A stretch of 64,000 bases of DNA, from NCBI GenBank assembly GCA_004022145.1, contig RCNU01000002.1. The stretch is one strand, 5' to 3'. Source of the stretch: Paecilomyces variotii (lineage: Eukaryota). Below are positions 23,283 through 35,923 of the stretch, piece after piece. Position 1 is the stretch's first letter; each line of letters begins with the position of its first letter. The notes under the pieces were generated by a model that worked only from the letters and a program-made list of their open reading frames with translations, made no database searches and had not been told where the DNA came from. The translations under genes were made by a program, and so were the position numbers.

Positions 23283-23630
23283 CGACTTGGGCCCTAATCA
23301 CTTCAATTGACGAATAAAGAATCTCCGGTATTATCCGGGGAATAGTTAACTCGCAGTTGCGTTGAATTGAAACCTGTCAACTTGAGAATGCGGCGATAAA
23401 TAAAGATAGCAATAATTACCGTCCAGAGCTCAAGATTCTCCGGCGAAGCTCTGCGGGCCGAAGCACGGCGGTCTTGGCTCGCATCACGGTCTCACCCAGA
23501 GACAGCCTATTGCTCTTTCGCGCGACATTACCTCTGTGCTGCTTATACAGGTCTGTTTGGCCTTCAATATCATATCCACAGCATGTGCAGCCTTCTGTCA
23601 TGACAAGTTCACCCATATACCGTTGAAACT

Positions 23631-24830
23631 ATGGCCTACCCGACTCACTGCGGTGGTCTGCGAGGGGTCCGACGATCATATGCCATATGCCTGGGATTCC
23701 TCTGGCTTGCACTCCTCTGCGGAGCATACCAGACCATATCAGACGAGACATTAAAGAACCTCCCGCAACCAAACGGTGAATTCGACATTCACAATGGCGC
23801 CCTTCTCGCCCCTATCCTTCGACCTCGTGTTCCAGGCACTCCCGGCTCGACAGCCGTCTTGAACCACTTCGTCGACTTCTTCCACACGCAACTCCCCGAC
23901 TGGAAGATTGATTTCCAGAATTCTACATCGAAGACACCAGTCTCAGGAAATAAGGATGTACCATTCGTGAACCTGATTGCGCGTCGCGATCCGCCATGGG
24001 CTGCGCCAGGAGATGTCGGACGGCTGACGCTGGTCGCTCACTACGACAGCAAGTACGAACCGAAGGGTTTCATCGGAGCAACTGATAGTGCTGCACCATG
24101 TGCGATTATCATGCATGCTATGCGCAGCATCGACGCGGCATTAACCAAGAAATGGTCTGCAATGGACGCGCAGGGAGAAACGGACACGGCACTGGAGGAA
24201 CAAAAGGGCATCCAAGTCCTCTTCCTGGACGGAGAGGAAGCATTCAAGAGTTGGACAGCTACAGATTCGCTATACGGAGCGCGCTCCCTGGCAGAGCAGT
24301 GGGATTTTGAAATGAATCCCGCCATGTCGACTTTCAAAACGCCCCTGACTTCAATATCACTCTTCGTCCTCCTGGACCTGCTAGGCGCGAAGGATCCTGG
24401 AATCCGGTCCTACTTCAAGACTACTCACTGGGCGTATCAGAATATGGCCAGTCTTGAGAAACGGCTGCGCGATCTTAAGCAATTCAAATCTTCATCCGAC
24501 AGTGGGAATAGATGGTTCACGGATGCTTCAAAGTCAGAAAATGAGATCATGTCGTGGTCTGGTATCCAAGATGACCATATCCCTTTCCAAGCGCGAGGCG
24601 TTGAAATCCTCCACGTCATAGATACGGGTCATCCTACGGGCTTCCCGTCCGTATGGCACACATTAGATGACGACGGGGAACACTTGGACATCCCCACCGT
24701 CGAAGACTGGAGCCTGCTCGTTACTGCCTTTGCGGCAGAGTGGATGGAACTAGAGGGATACATGGGAGATACCCCGGAGCCGGTTTCAAAGAACAAAGAT
24801 TCAAATTCCAAGAGGAAGACGGAGTTGTAA
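23631..24830 (+). CDS. Glutaminyl-peptide cyclotransferase (peptidase M28 family), secreted or signal-anchored
   Basis: AHYDSK, GATDSAAPCA, LDGEEAF, SLYGAR, LLDLLG, IQDDHIPF and VWHT motifs; N-terminal hydrophobic segment; single exon. Confidence 0.92.
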   Translation: MAYPTHCGGLRGVRRSYAICLGFLWLALLCGAYQTISDETLKNLPQPNGEFDIHNGALLAPILRPRVPGTPGSTAVLNHFVDFFHTQLPDWKIDFQNSTSKTPVSGNKDVPFVNLIARRDPPWAAPGDVGRLTLVAHYDSKYEPKGFIGATDSAAPCAIIMHAMRSIDAALTKKWSAMDAQGETDTALEEQKGIQVLFLDGEEAFKSWTATDSLYGARSLAEQWDFEMNPAMSTFKTPLTSISLFVLLDLLGAKDPGIRSYFKTTHWAYQNMASLEKRLRDLKQFKSSSDSGNRWFTDASKSENEIMSWSGIQDDHIPFQARGVEILHVIDTGHPTGFPSVWHTLDDDGEHLDIPTVEDWSLLVTAFAAEWMELEGYMGDTPEPVSKNKDSNSKRKTEL

Positions 24831-25181
24831 GCTTTCCTTGCTGTTTCTGCTTTCGATACAGTACATATTACTACCATTCCACGTCTTTCTTGTATTCTCA
24901 TTTTGTTGACATGATGTGACGCTTGCTTTCTGCGTCGAGTGAGTGGGAAAGATGCTAACAGATCTCTTTCTTTCATAGTCCATGATTTCTCTTTCTGTCC
25001 CGACATGGTCTTTCCAGCTTGATATGCATAGAAGGCGTTAGGTAACGGGTAATCATTATAGATATTAGTAGTCGTTATTGTATACAACATTATGGTGAAG
25101 TTGAGCTCTGCCTCGGGCGCCGTTTCTGTTCAAAGGCGCAGAGTTGAATGGGAGAAGTATCCCGAACAAGTCCATTTCCTC

Positions 25182-26280
25182 TTATAGGAGGCTTCCCAGC
25201 ATATAGCCACCCATCCACAGAGAACCCCAGATAGGCTGCAGCACTGCCCTCAACGCCGCCGGGCCTGGACACACTCCGCTGAGCCCCCATCCGACTCCAA
25301 ATGCTATTGCGCCAGCTACGAAGCGCCAGTCGATGTCAGCCACGGTGGCTGTGGGTAGGCTCCAGGTCTCCCCCAATGTCGGCTTCTTGATCTCCGCTTC
25401 GGCTCCATTTTCCGACTGTTCCTGTTTCTTTCCCGGCTTCGCAATGAGATAACTGATCAGCGAAGGGCCGATGCCAAAGAGAATAATGAGAGCCAGGGAA
25501 GGGTCGAATCGTGACAGATCAGTCAAGAATGCGAAGAAGCGCTGGACTTTCGCCGGGTCGGCCATTCCAGAGATGATCAGACCAAGCCCGAACTCGATAC
25601 CCGCGAGATAGGAGAAAATCGTGCGGGATTTCTTCGAGCGACTCAGGACGTGCGGGACCAGGACGTAGTTTGTCAGGAAGGACAGGACAGTGGCGGAGGC
25701 GATGAAGGCCAGCTCAGGAGTTGTCGGGTAGCTGGGAGTGTAGCATGGGACTCCGCCCGGACACGCCGGGATGATGCTACTGGAAGTACCGGTTGCAAAG
25801 TTGGCTGTGAGAAGAGCGGTGGTGAAGAAGATGGAGGTTGCGATCAGAGAGCGTGGAGAGAGTCTAGATAGACCACAGAGCATGTGGCCGGACGTGCAGC
25901 CACGACCATTCTAAGCAGATGTCAGTGTGAATGTCATTTTGAGTGAGATATGCCAATCCTGTTTGATAGACAGGATATTTTGTCGTTACCTTCGTGCCCC
26001 AGCCAACCAAGAATCCCAATCCTAGAGTTCCCGCTACCGATCTCAACGAATCCAACACCACCGACGGGTATGAGGGTATCAAGGACGGCGCCAAGAAGTA
26101 GACGGGAACCCAGCTGGATAGCAATCCAGCGATGATGGGAAGGTTGTCTGCACCAGGTTGGAAGATACAGCCGGTCAGGAGAGAGGAGATGCCAAAGATC
26201 TTTCCATTATGGAAGAGGAGACCGGACGAGCCCTGGAAGAGCAGTAGAGCCCCGAGGGACGTATTCACTGGGGTGAACAT
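25182..26280 (-). CDS. YeeE/YedE (thiosulfate/sulfur-compound transporter) family membrane protein, 2 exons
   Basis: [54 protein letters not shown] (conserved cysteines). Confidence 0.88.
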
Positions 26281-28067
26281 CGTGCTATGTCGCTCTTCTC
26301 TTTGCGCTTTCGATAACTGAGAATCAAAGGCGGAGAATTAGGCCATCCAGGGCTTGTTGACTTCGTGAAGGAGCGGTAGGTCTCCGGAAGTATGGGAGTA
26401 TCAAATGCCAGATATCGAAGTATATGCACGGTCTTTCACAGAGCGAATGCCCAAACCTGCGTGCTGCTTCTACCGTTCTGCGCGGAATGTACTGCAGTCC
26501 TTCACGCAGAGTGTAAAATTCTTTGAAAGATGCATTATTGTGAACATGCGAGAGAAAAGATATGTACCTGCGGTTTGGATCGGGGACCATTTCTCTTGCG
26601 CTGATTGTCGGTACCAGCACGAGTGGTCCCCGAACGATGGGGCTTGGCGAGGGATTGCTGGTAAACGGCGAAGTTATCTTTGCTTCCCCGTACAGCCGTC
26701 AAAGTGGCCATTCTGCTCGTTTTGTTTCACCTTGGTATATGCAGAGAAGATTGTCTAGATCGTCTTGACTCTTCAATAATAATAATTACCCCTTGGGGTG
26801 GAAGGAATCCAGCCTGGGTTGCCGCATTCACTTCTCATTTGTAACCCGTCGATCAATCATCACGACTCGGTTAAGCATGTTCTGGAATGTAAAGAGGGTG
26901 TAAACGGGATATGTGAGTGTCTTCTCATAAAATAGAACGACGATCTTCGATCTCGATGTCGTGGCATGATGTGTTTCCATCTGCCCCAATGATGCACAGA
27001 TCGCCAAACTTCCTAGCGACAAGAAGACTTAAAGGAAACTCATAACTCGAATCAATGATCTAGTCTAGTCTCTCGTTGTTGCACGCAAGAGAAAAGGGTT
27101 AGATCGAATGAACGGATGGCTGTAAAGAATGTTGCGGGTTGCTGCTGCTGCTTGCCCTTTCCAACATCTGAACCCTGTTCCTGCGTGTTTGTTGAACTGC
27201 GATCTTCTGTATTGATCCTGCAAGAAGGAAGGTAAGCACTGCAGGAAGATAGCAGGTCGATCATCTGCGATAATCTACGCGATGTCACCCAGCCAGCCGT
27301 TGGCATTATAAGGTGTGGTTCATGCGTCGAGAAGCTGACAACAAACAAGCATCAAGTCGTTACTGAATCATCCCAGTGGCTGGACTAATATTAGAAAACT
27401 GCATCGCTCGAATCGTGGTCGCATTTAGGAGATGACAGGGATCGGAGAATTTGCTATTCGATAACCAACCCTTGGGAACGAAGATCCTGTAATCGAAGAG
27501 AGCGCCAATGATCTCCGCTAGATCCTCTGTTTCCAACTTTCGACAGACTCACTCAACAACGACATTCGCTTTGTTTCAACAAGGCAGTTAGATAGTTATC
27601 TAAGCTCTGCAACCCGACGTCCCGCAACCGATGGATCAAAGAGATCAAACTTCAAAGACGGGGAATCAGGGAATTCCCCCTGTCGATCGACCGCTGATTA
27701 TTGAATTTGTTGAATCTTGACCTACGTGCGCCATAGCCGAAGCCGAGTCAGATCGTCCCAACTCAGCGGTGGGCACCGGTGATCTACCATAAGTAAGCTT
27801 CGCGTCGATGCTGGGGCCTATCGGTTCTACAGGAAGCCCTACAGACTTTGGCTGATCACCACGTCAATTCCAATGGGAAGTGTTTATCATGGCGATGGAT
27901 TGCTTAGCTTCTGCTATCCGTTCCGGGAGCTCCCTCATTCCAAGGAACCTCCCTCCTGTGCCCTACGATGAGAGAGCTGGCCGCCTCGATTTCTCTCTCT
28001 GGCTGTATTCATCTGCTTCCAGTCCTGCCGGTACAAATCGAAAATCTCAACACAGGCATCGTTCACA

Positions 28068-29545
28068 ATGGGAAATACAACAAGCACATCCGCAGGCCAA
28101 TGCCTGTTGTCGGCAGTAGGGGGTAATCCAGCCCTGGTCGCCTTCCAGAATGCGCCGCTCTACCAAGCCGTCGACGTGAGACCCTACAACCTCGATGTTC
28201 CAGTTACGCCAGTTGCAGTCACTACCCCGGAGACGGTGGACCAGGTAGCATCCATAGTGAAGTGCGCTGCGGATGCCGGGTATAAGGTTCAACCCAAGAG
28301 TGGAGGCCATAGTTATGGAAATTATGGTATGTCTATTGTCCTCACTTATTTTGTGGCGTGTCTCACAGGAGTCCAGGACTTGGTGGCGTCGATGGAGAGG
28401 TCGTCGTGGATCTGAAGAACTTCCAGCAGTTCTCAATGAACAATGAAACATGGAGAGCGACAATTGGAGCCGGTACCCTCCTTGGCGACGTCACGACGCG
28501 TCTATACAATGCTGGAGGGAGAGCCATGGCTCATGGAACCTGTCCACAGGTTGGTATCGGTGGGCATGCAACCATTGGAGGACTGGGCCCTACGTCGCGA
28601 TTATGGGGAGCAGCACTCGACCACATTGAAGAAGTCCAGGTTGTTTTGGCCAATTCTAGCATTGTGAGGGCTTCCCAGACAGAGAACCCTGATCTTCTTT
28701 TCGCCTTGAAGGGTGCTGGTGCCAGCTTTGGCATCATCACCGAGTTCACCGTCAGGACGGAGCCGGCGCCAGGTGAAGCCGTACAGTACTCTTATACTTT
28801 CAACTTCGGAGATAATGCCTCAAAAGCGAAGACCTTCAAGGACTGGCAAGCCTTTGTCTCCACGCCCAACCTGAACCGCAAGTTTGCAGCTACTATGACC
28901 GTTTTGGAGGACGCTATAGTCGCGTCAGGAACATTTTTCGGTACGAAAGAGGAGTTCGACGCATTCGAACTCGAGAGTCATTTCCCGGAAAATCAAGGCT
29001 CCAATGTCACCGTGGTCCAGGACTGGCTGGGTCTGGTCGCAGACTGGGCAGAAGATGCTGCCCTCGAGGGCGGCGGTGGCGTCCCTTCTGCATTCTATGC
29101 CAAATCCCTCAATTTCAGCCCAGACACACTCATTCCTAATGACACTATTGACGACATGTTCGACTACTTCAGTACAACGGAAAAGGATGCACTGTTGTGG
29201 TTCGCCATCTTTGACTTGTCTGGCGGTGCAGTCAGCGATGTTCCTGTCCATAGCACATCGTATACCCACCGTGACACCCTGTTTTGGCTACAATCATACG
29301 CCATTTCCGTTGGACCTGTATCCAATACGACGATACAGTTCCTTGACGGTCTCAGTAACCTTCTTACCAGTTCCCAGCCCGAGGTCCATTTTGGCGCCTA
29401 TCCAGGATACGTCGACCCAAAGCTGCCTGACGGACAACTCGCCTACTGGGGTTCCAACTTGCCGAAGCTGGAACAAATCAAAGCAGAAGTCGATCCTAAC
29501 GATGTTTTCCACAACCCTCAAAGCGTGAAGCCAGCCAAACAGTGA
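28068..29545 (+). CDS. FAD-linked BBE-like oxidoreductase (AA7/glucooligosaccharide oxidase-like), 2 exons
   Basis: KSGGHSYGNY (His-FAD), HGTCPQVGIGGH (Cys-FAD), GAGASFGIITEF, C-terminal YPGYVDP...YWGSNLPKLEQIKAEVDPNDVF. Confidence 0.9.
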
Positions 29546-29765
29546 TGGTCTTTAGGCGCCCCCTGAGTATATATTCGGAGATACCCAGATTTGGCTATTT
29601 ACTGTCGGATCACCTTTACTTTCTATGTCGTATATAACACTCAAGACCTGCAAATAGCTATCCTAGCTTCTTACGAATAGTACATATTATGTCCATAATC
29701 CACGAAAGTCAACGCCCAATTTCAACCAATCCCATTTTCAAGTCCAACAATGAAAGCGGGACTAC

Positions 29766-31867
29766 TTAATCAGAACCACCTCCTTCAACCTCCCTCAGAT
29801 ACGCCTCATATCGCCCCTTACACATCCTTCTCCACCGCTTTCCCCAAGTAATCATTGGAACAGCCATCAGCATAGACAACAGAACCAGAATGCCAAAGAA
29901 TGTAAACGCCCAGCCATAGTTCGTCCTATCGATCAACGGCTGTACAGAAAACGACATGGCGAAATTGATCACCGATGAACAGATTGCCAGAACGACAACG
30001 AGTTCACCAGATACCTAGACGCCCCAACTAGTTAGTAGCCATCCGCGTTAAACCAGACATGTTGACTCCCCGGGAAAAGAAAATAAAAAAAAAAAAAAAT
30101 CAAAGCAATAAGAAAGAAATAACGCACCCCATCAAAACACTCCATCGCATACGTCGTCGCAATCGTAGTCGCAGCGACTTGCTGCGCAATCATACATCCG
30201 AGTCCGAAAGCGATACCAATCCACGAGGCGCCTGCTTGCGCACACCATCCATAGGAAAAGTATCCAACACCACCTGCGACGAAGGGCAGGATGAACATCC
30301 AGAGGCGCATTTCGGGTTCTTTAAATCCGTTGTTTCGCCGGGCGAGGAATATAATGAGCGTGTCTGAGAGAGACCCTATTGCCATTCTGTACAGGGTTCG
30401 GTGGGGTCAGTTATGCAAATCCAAAGTACTTAAGTAACACTTGGGTGTGTATCTATAGGTCAAGAGAGTAAATCAGACATATACTACTAACCCGACGAAA
30501 TCCCCCACGATAGCAGCAAGGAACATTAACCCTGCGGCACTAACGCTCCAGTTATACGGAGGTTCAGTCATGATTTCAGATATGGTATTGAACGAGACGA
30601 TACCGGCCGTGCAACCGAAAGCGAACTGGATCCCGCTGAGAACGATATTGGGAAATGCGAACAGATAGAATGGACGACGGAAGTATTGGAACCAGGTAGT
30701 TTTATCGTCGGGGAAGTAGTGCCAGAGAGCGGCTCTTTGGAGATACTTGCGTGGAGGAACGATGATTTCGCCTTCTCCTTGGCTCGGGGTGAGTGATACA
30801 GGGACATGTTTCGTTTTATCGTCGGGTGCTGGTAGAGGCGTTTTATCATCTTGCTGGCTGGGGGGTATGTTTTGAGGCAGTTGATTTTGAGATCGGTGTC
30901 GAGGGAACATCGTATCGTCGAAAGTAAATATGAACAGGACGATGAGGATGCCCTATGCTCATTGTTAGATCCATATCCTTCCCAGTCTATTGGAGTGAGT
31001 CCGGAACCCATACAGCGGCAATGGCTACGAGAGGCGAACTCCATCTCCATCCAATTCCATCGGCGATATAACCGCCTAGAATGAGACCTAGGATGGAACC
31101 TAATTGTTGCCCGAAAATGTATACGGCGACCATTCGACCTCGCTCATGCGCGAAGAACATATCGAATATCTTTGGAATCGTAAGCCTTTCCTTAGAGAAC
31201 AAGAGATCGCAAGACAAACTGCAGCCTGACTTACCGTTAACTGAATCAGCGCCTGGTAGGCGGCTGTTCCAACTCCATTAATCGCAAGCATAATATAATA
31301 CTGTCCTGTTCCGTAGAAGAACCCACCCCATATCCCACTAGCCACAGTGAGACATAGACTGAGAATATATACAATCTTCCGTCCCAGTTTCATGGCGGTG
31401 GGGATCCAGATAATATTGAGGAACCCCAAGAGGAGATAATTGAGAGCTGATCCTCCGTTCATGTTCTCGAGCGTGACGTCTGCTTCCTCGGATATGGTCG
31501 TCCATGCTGCACCCCAGTTGTTTTCGCCGAAGGATTGTACGCAGGCGTATGTAGATATCAGAAATAGAGACCAGTACTTTTTGCACTTGGGCCAGTTCTG
31601 TTTGGACATAATGTCAGCGACTGTATATAACCGCATAGTGATTAATATTCCGCTTACCAGAGGATCTGCAGCTGAGTTTGTCGGTTGGGGAATTAATAAG
31701 ACGTCCTCATTTCTAGCATGTGCAGCGTTTGCTAGACTCCCTGATTCTATCTCCGGTTAGTTAGTTGCTAATCTGCCCAGGGAAAAAGTACTCAAGCGGG
31801 GAGATATACTATCCACTAGGTACACAGTGCCAGGAACATCTGTGACCACGTCCTCCTGATTAACCAT
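29766..31867 (-). CDS. MFS transporter, HOL1-like, multi-exon
   Basis: ATG at 31867 (MVNQEDVVTDVPGTVYLVD); LIPQPTNSAADPLNWP; DMFFAHERGRM; GIGWRWS; RRNNGFKEPEMRLW; TWGKRWR. Confidence 0.85.
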
Positions 31868-31915
31868 TTTGATGAATGCAATCCTAGGCGCAAGTACTCA
31901 TCGGAATCTGGACGA

Positions 31916-32157
31916 CTTATCCAAATGATCCCGCGGGATCAAATGCTTATTATATATTTGACCGCATGTTGCAGCACACTAGATAAGATACGTAAGGTCC
32001 AGGCGAGAAGTGGCTCGGAGACTCCCTAAGAACTGTTGTACTCGCGACCTTGAGTTGAGGAGGACATAAGATAGCTAAAGAGGATTCGATAAGAATGATA
32101 CTAAACATGGTTGGTCCGATAATCTCCCCTTATCCTGGCGTCCCATAAACGTCGATA
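31916..32157. promoter_or_regulatory. Cluster of GATA sites (AreA-type) upstream of the HOL1-like MFS gene
   Basis: About nine GATA/TATC cores in ~240 bp, including GATAA at 31982, 32088 and 32118 and TTATC at 31917 and 32130. Confidence 0.55.
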
Positions 32158-32496
32158 TAGATTACAAGACTGATCCTCAAAGGTACAGAGTATACGAGTT
32201 GTAATTATCTATTCAAGCTATAGCCATTCAACTAAGTCTTGTAAGTAGACGTCTCGTGGAGATCAATAACTGAGGGAAGGTCAAGCCGGATTTAGCGTCA
32301 ACGCCAGTGGTTTAGCATCATCCGTCAACAGACTATGGACGTATGCATTCTAGAAAGAGGCGACTGCACAAGATACAGCTGAGATACCAGAGTCATCGAT
32401 CGAGTAGAGTCGGCGTGTTAGATCATTTAGCTGCTTGATTTGTGTGACAGGATCATTTTTGCTCGCGCAAAATGTTGATCACGCCTCTCAATCTTA

Positions 32497-33453
32497 TCAC
32501 TGGAGCTTCAGGCTGATAGAATCCAAGCGAAAGATGTACGCCTCGATTACGCGCCGCGTGTATCCATTCCATGGTAGAGATGTCGCGTCAAAGGGGAAAT
32601 CTTTGATATCGTCTAAGGCATTTTGATCATCGATTGTATGAGCATGGATACAACATGCGCAGGCTGTGGTGCAGTGCCCCTGGTTATACAAGTGGCGGTT
32701 TGTATCTCTCGGTTTTGCACAACATCCGCAACTTCGTGCGCAACAGCCCCCGCGCCCGGCACAATCCTCCTTCAGCCAAGGAAGTGAAGCCCACATTGAG
32801 CGTTGGTTCGTAACATCGAATGCCCACTTCAGAGGACCGCGCGGCGCTTCAACCCGAAGCTTCCAATGATTTCGATAATGAATAAGATATTCGCGGTTTA
32901 TATTTTGAAGCTCCTCTTCGTAAATCCCAAGCTTGTTATGCTGTTCTTTGTAATGCTCTGGAATACTAGACGTATCGGTATCGGAAAGTGAGGACAGATC
33001 AAGTGATTTTCGCAGAGCATGCATCTGTTCCTTGATGTATATTTCTCGTTGCACAATTTGGCGCCCTAATATATCTGCTTTGACTACCTCTTGGCACCAT
33101 GTGAGTTCACTATCGACACGACGATTGTTAAGATTTTTATGAAACCACTTGTAGCGTATAAACTGGTCCAGTTGTGACAAGCCGGAACGCTCCAGTGCTC
33201 TTATAAGTTGTCTCATCCCGTACTCATCATTGTAGAAAGACAACGGGACCACGTCAAGCACCCTCACCTTTGCCACGAGCGATAGATCCGATGAAAGACA
33301 GGGAGCTATCCAGTCTTTCGTTTTTTTGGAATTTTTGAGTTTTTTGATCCATTCTTCCTCGGTCAACTTCTCGGGCCCCTTGGAGGGTTTTGACTCGACA
33401 AGATCCTTGGAGCGAAATAATTTGAAGCGTTTCAGCGGGTGATCTGGGAGCAT
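32497..33453 (-). CDS. Hypothetical intronless protein with central coiled coil and C-terminal Cys-rich (probable zinc-binding) motif
   Basis: 318-aa ORF with ATG at 33453; EDCAGRGGCCARSCGCCAKPR...GHCTTACACC. Confidence 0.7.
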   Translation of the reverse strand: MLPDHPLKRFKLFRSKDLVESKPSKGPEKLTEEEWIKKLKNSKKTKDWIAPCLSSDLSLVAKVRVLDVVPLSFYNDEYGMRQLIRALERSGLSQLDQFIRYKWFHKNLNNRRVDSELTWCQEVVKADILGRQIVQREIYIKEQMHALRKSLDLSSLSDTDTSSIPEHYKEQHNKLGIYEEELQNINREYLIHYRNHWKLRVEAPRGPLKWAFDVTNQRSMWASLPWLKEDCAGRGGCCARSCGCCAKPRDTNRHLYNQGHCTTACACCIHAHTIDDQNALDDIKDFPFDATSLPWNGYTRRVIEAYIFRLDSISLKLQ

Positions 33454-34211
33454 GATGGCTGCTGCTTATGGATTGTCCAGGTATGTGAATCAGTATCGAG
33501 ATCTTTGTTTGTGAAACCAGAACTTATGCTTAAATACCGGTTCCCTTCAACGGATCACAGTTGCGTAACACTACTGGGCAGATCCCTCAGTACCAATGAG
33601 TTATCTATGACACGAATACATTAGCTGTAGAACATTTCATTTTATAATCATAAAAGGATTTCATTTCAGCCGGCAACTCAATAGTTGTATACGGCGACAT
33701 ATTCTGCGAAGGGAAGACATTGTACCTTCATGACATATATTTCCACATGCTGATGAAGTTGATAGTCAATTTGAACAGAGCCATTACAGAGAACATTTAA
33801 CCTCTTTAGCGAGTTATCTTTGCAATACCATAACAAAGGTCAGAAAGTCTATTTGTAGTCGTGCCTATTGTATAAAGATCATCCACATGTAATGCTCCGT
33901 TGGTGTATTTGCGGCACAAAGTACACTTTCCCGAGTTAGTTCGGCGAAAACTCTACAGCAGCCTCAATATGTTGCTGAGGTTTCCATAGACGTTGTACTG
34001 TACATAAACCATTACGGACAAGAGAACTTCATTTTTAATAAGATATCTGTCAAATCCTAAATTGCACGGGAGGATGGATAGATCGAACCACCTAGCCTAT
34101 ACATACATCTAGGTTGCTTGCTTGATTCTAGGTCTAGGGGAATTTGATCCCTTATTTATCTCCTATGACATACAAAGTTTCTTCTGTCCTTCTGTCAGTC
34201 TGTACTGCTCA

Positions 34212-34685
34212 CTATGAGACGTTTAGGTCGTGTTCCCCTTCTTGCTGTAGTTGTTGCAGCCGCTCTTGCACATTTCCTAGTACCTGCTGCAGCTCCTGCA
34301 ATTGCTGTTGGAGCTGATTTATTCTTCATCACTGCTTTTCTTTTTTGGGCCTTTGGCCTATCCCATTCATTATAGCTATTAGCGATGGAAGTAATTACTT
34401 TTCAAATCAAACTTACCAAGTTTCCATACTTGCTTGCAGCTCTCGATGTCCGGGTTTTCCACGGACTTCATCACTGTCTCAAGAGAGACATATCTACAAT
34501 ATTAGCACATGCACGCGTAAATCAATGACTTTTGCATACCTGCTGTCGACCCATCGGGTGAACCAATACAAGAAGGCTATGCCTCCTATGACAATTAATC
34601 CTCCAATGATTGTGAGGCCGTATATATGGCCAATCTCCCACTGGCTTGCCGAAAAGGAGGCGGTATGAGAAGTAAAGGCGTCCAC
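34212..34685 (-). pseudogene. Probable pseudogene of a small single-TM, coiled-coil protein
   Basis: TATAAAA ~50 bp upstream; CACC-GTG-G where an ATG is expected; TM segment; two canonical introns (GTATGC..TAG, GTAAGT..TAG). In-frame TGA TGA at 34326-34331 precedes a Gln-rich coiled coil ending TAG at 34212. Confidence 0.55.
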
Positions 34686-35923
34686 GGTGTGTGCAGTTTG
34701 TGATTTGTAGTATCGAGATAAGCCGGTCTCTTTTATAAAAGGTATGCAGCGACGCTGTTGATTTCTACCCAGGGACCAGGGTATCTGGATGACTTTTGTA
34801 GGTAGTCTCGGGTCGGATCAGATGTTTAGCTCAATTATAAGCCTGTTATTTCCCAACGTAGAAGGGGCATACCACCATGAGATGGACTATGGAGGAAGTC
34901 TCAGTCTGGTCATTTGTTACAGAACGGGGCGTAGCCAGGGAGCTACCCTATGGAGGGGCACGGAGGTGTCAAGTGGCAGTATCCTATACCGCCTTAGGCT
35001 TAGCTAGTATTTAGTACACCTCTCCAACAGGAGGGGAGAATCCAAGCTTCTTTCCTCCTACTATACCGTTCCATGCCATCATTGAACGACATTTTAGGAA
35101 CTTAATTTTGATTCAAGTTCATTCTTGCCAACTCGATCCTTTCACTGGATAGATAATTCATATATACATACATTCTCAGCACTTGTCCACTAATATAGTC
35201 AATGGCTGTCATCACCAATATAATTTTGAATCAAGTATCGATAGTTCTTATTTCTACTAAGTTCAAAGGGTTTAACGGAAGGAAGCAGCTTCGATCAGTG
35301 ATTCCCGTATTCATCTCTTGACAACATCACTGTCTCCCGGGAACGCTTTCAAATGAAGTGAAACAAACGGCGTGAATGAAGCAAAACAAATTAAGAACTA
35401 CGGAGGAAAGTACGGCGATCGAAGCAGTTGTCTCCGGTGGGAGCTACTACCCACTACCATAAGAGTAATTGAACGCCTTTCTCGAAGAGCCTGTCTGTTG
35501 TGAAACCATCCGTTCACTCTTATCCAGCACAGGCTTCTGGACTCTCCTTGAAACAAGTATATGCTTATGAAGTACCGGATGTTGGGACTTTTCTGGCACC
35601 CCCCAAAAGTGGTAGGTGGCTAACCGCTTAAGCAGCCCGTGAGCTTTGTTACTAAGCACTGTAAGCATCCACATAAACCTTCACCTTTGCTTGAGGGCAA
35701 GCAGGATCATCACTATTATTCAACCGTCCGAAGCATGTCTAGCACTTCTGCTGGCTGTCCAGAAGATAGGAATCAGCCAAGTTCTATAGAGGCGGGCTCC
35801 GGCAGTCGTTGAGCGAAGACCCATCACCGAAGCGAGGCAACGGCAAGACACCACTCATATGTGTGTAAAGAATCAATGTGCACCATGATCCTTTACTTTA
35901 TAAAACGGTAGATATTCCGCAAG

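Noticed and set aside
33600-34100. Possible gene or transposon relic in an AT-rich spacer
   Set aside because: No frame gave a recognisable domain; no terminal repeats seen.
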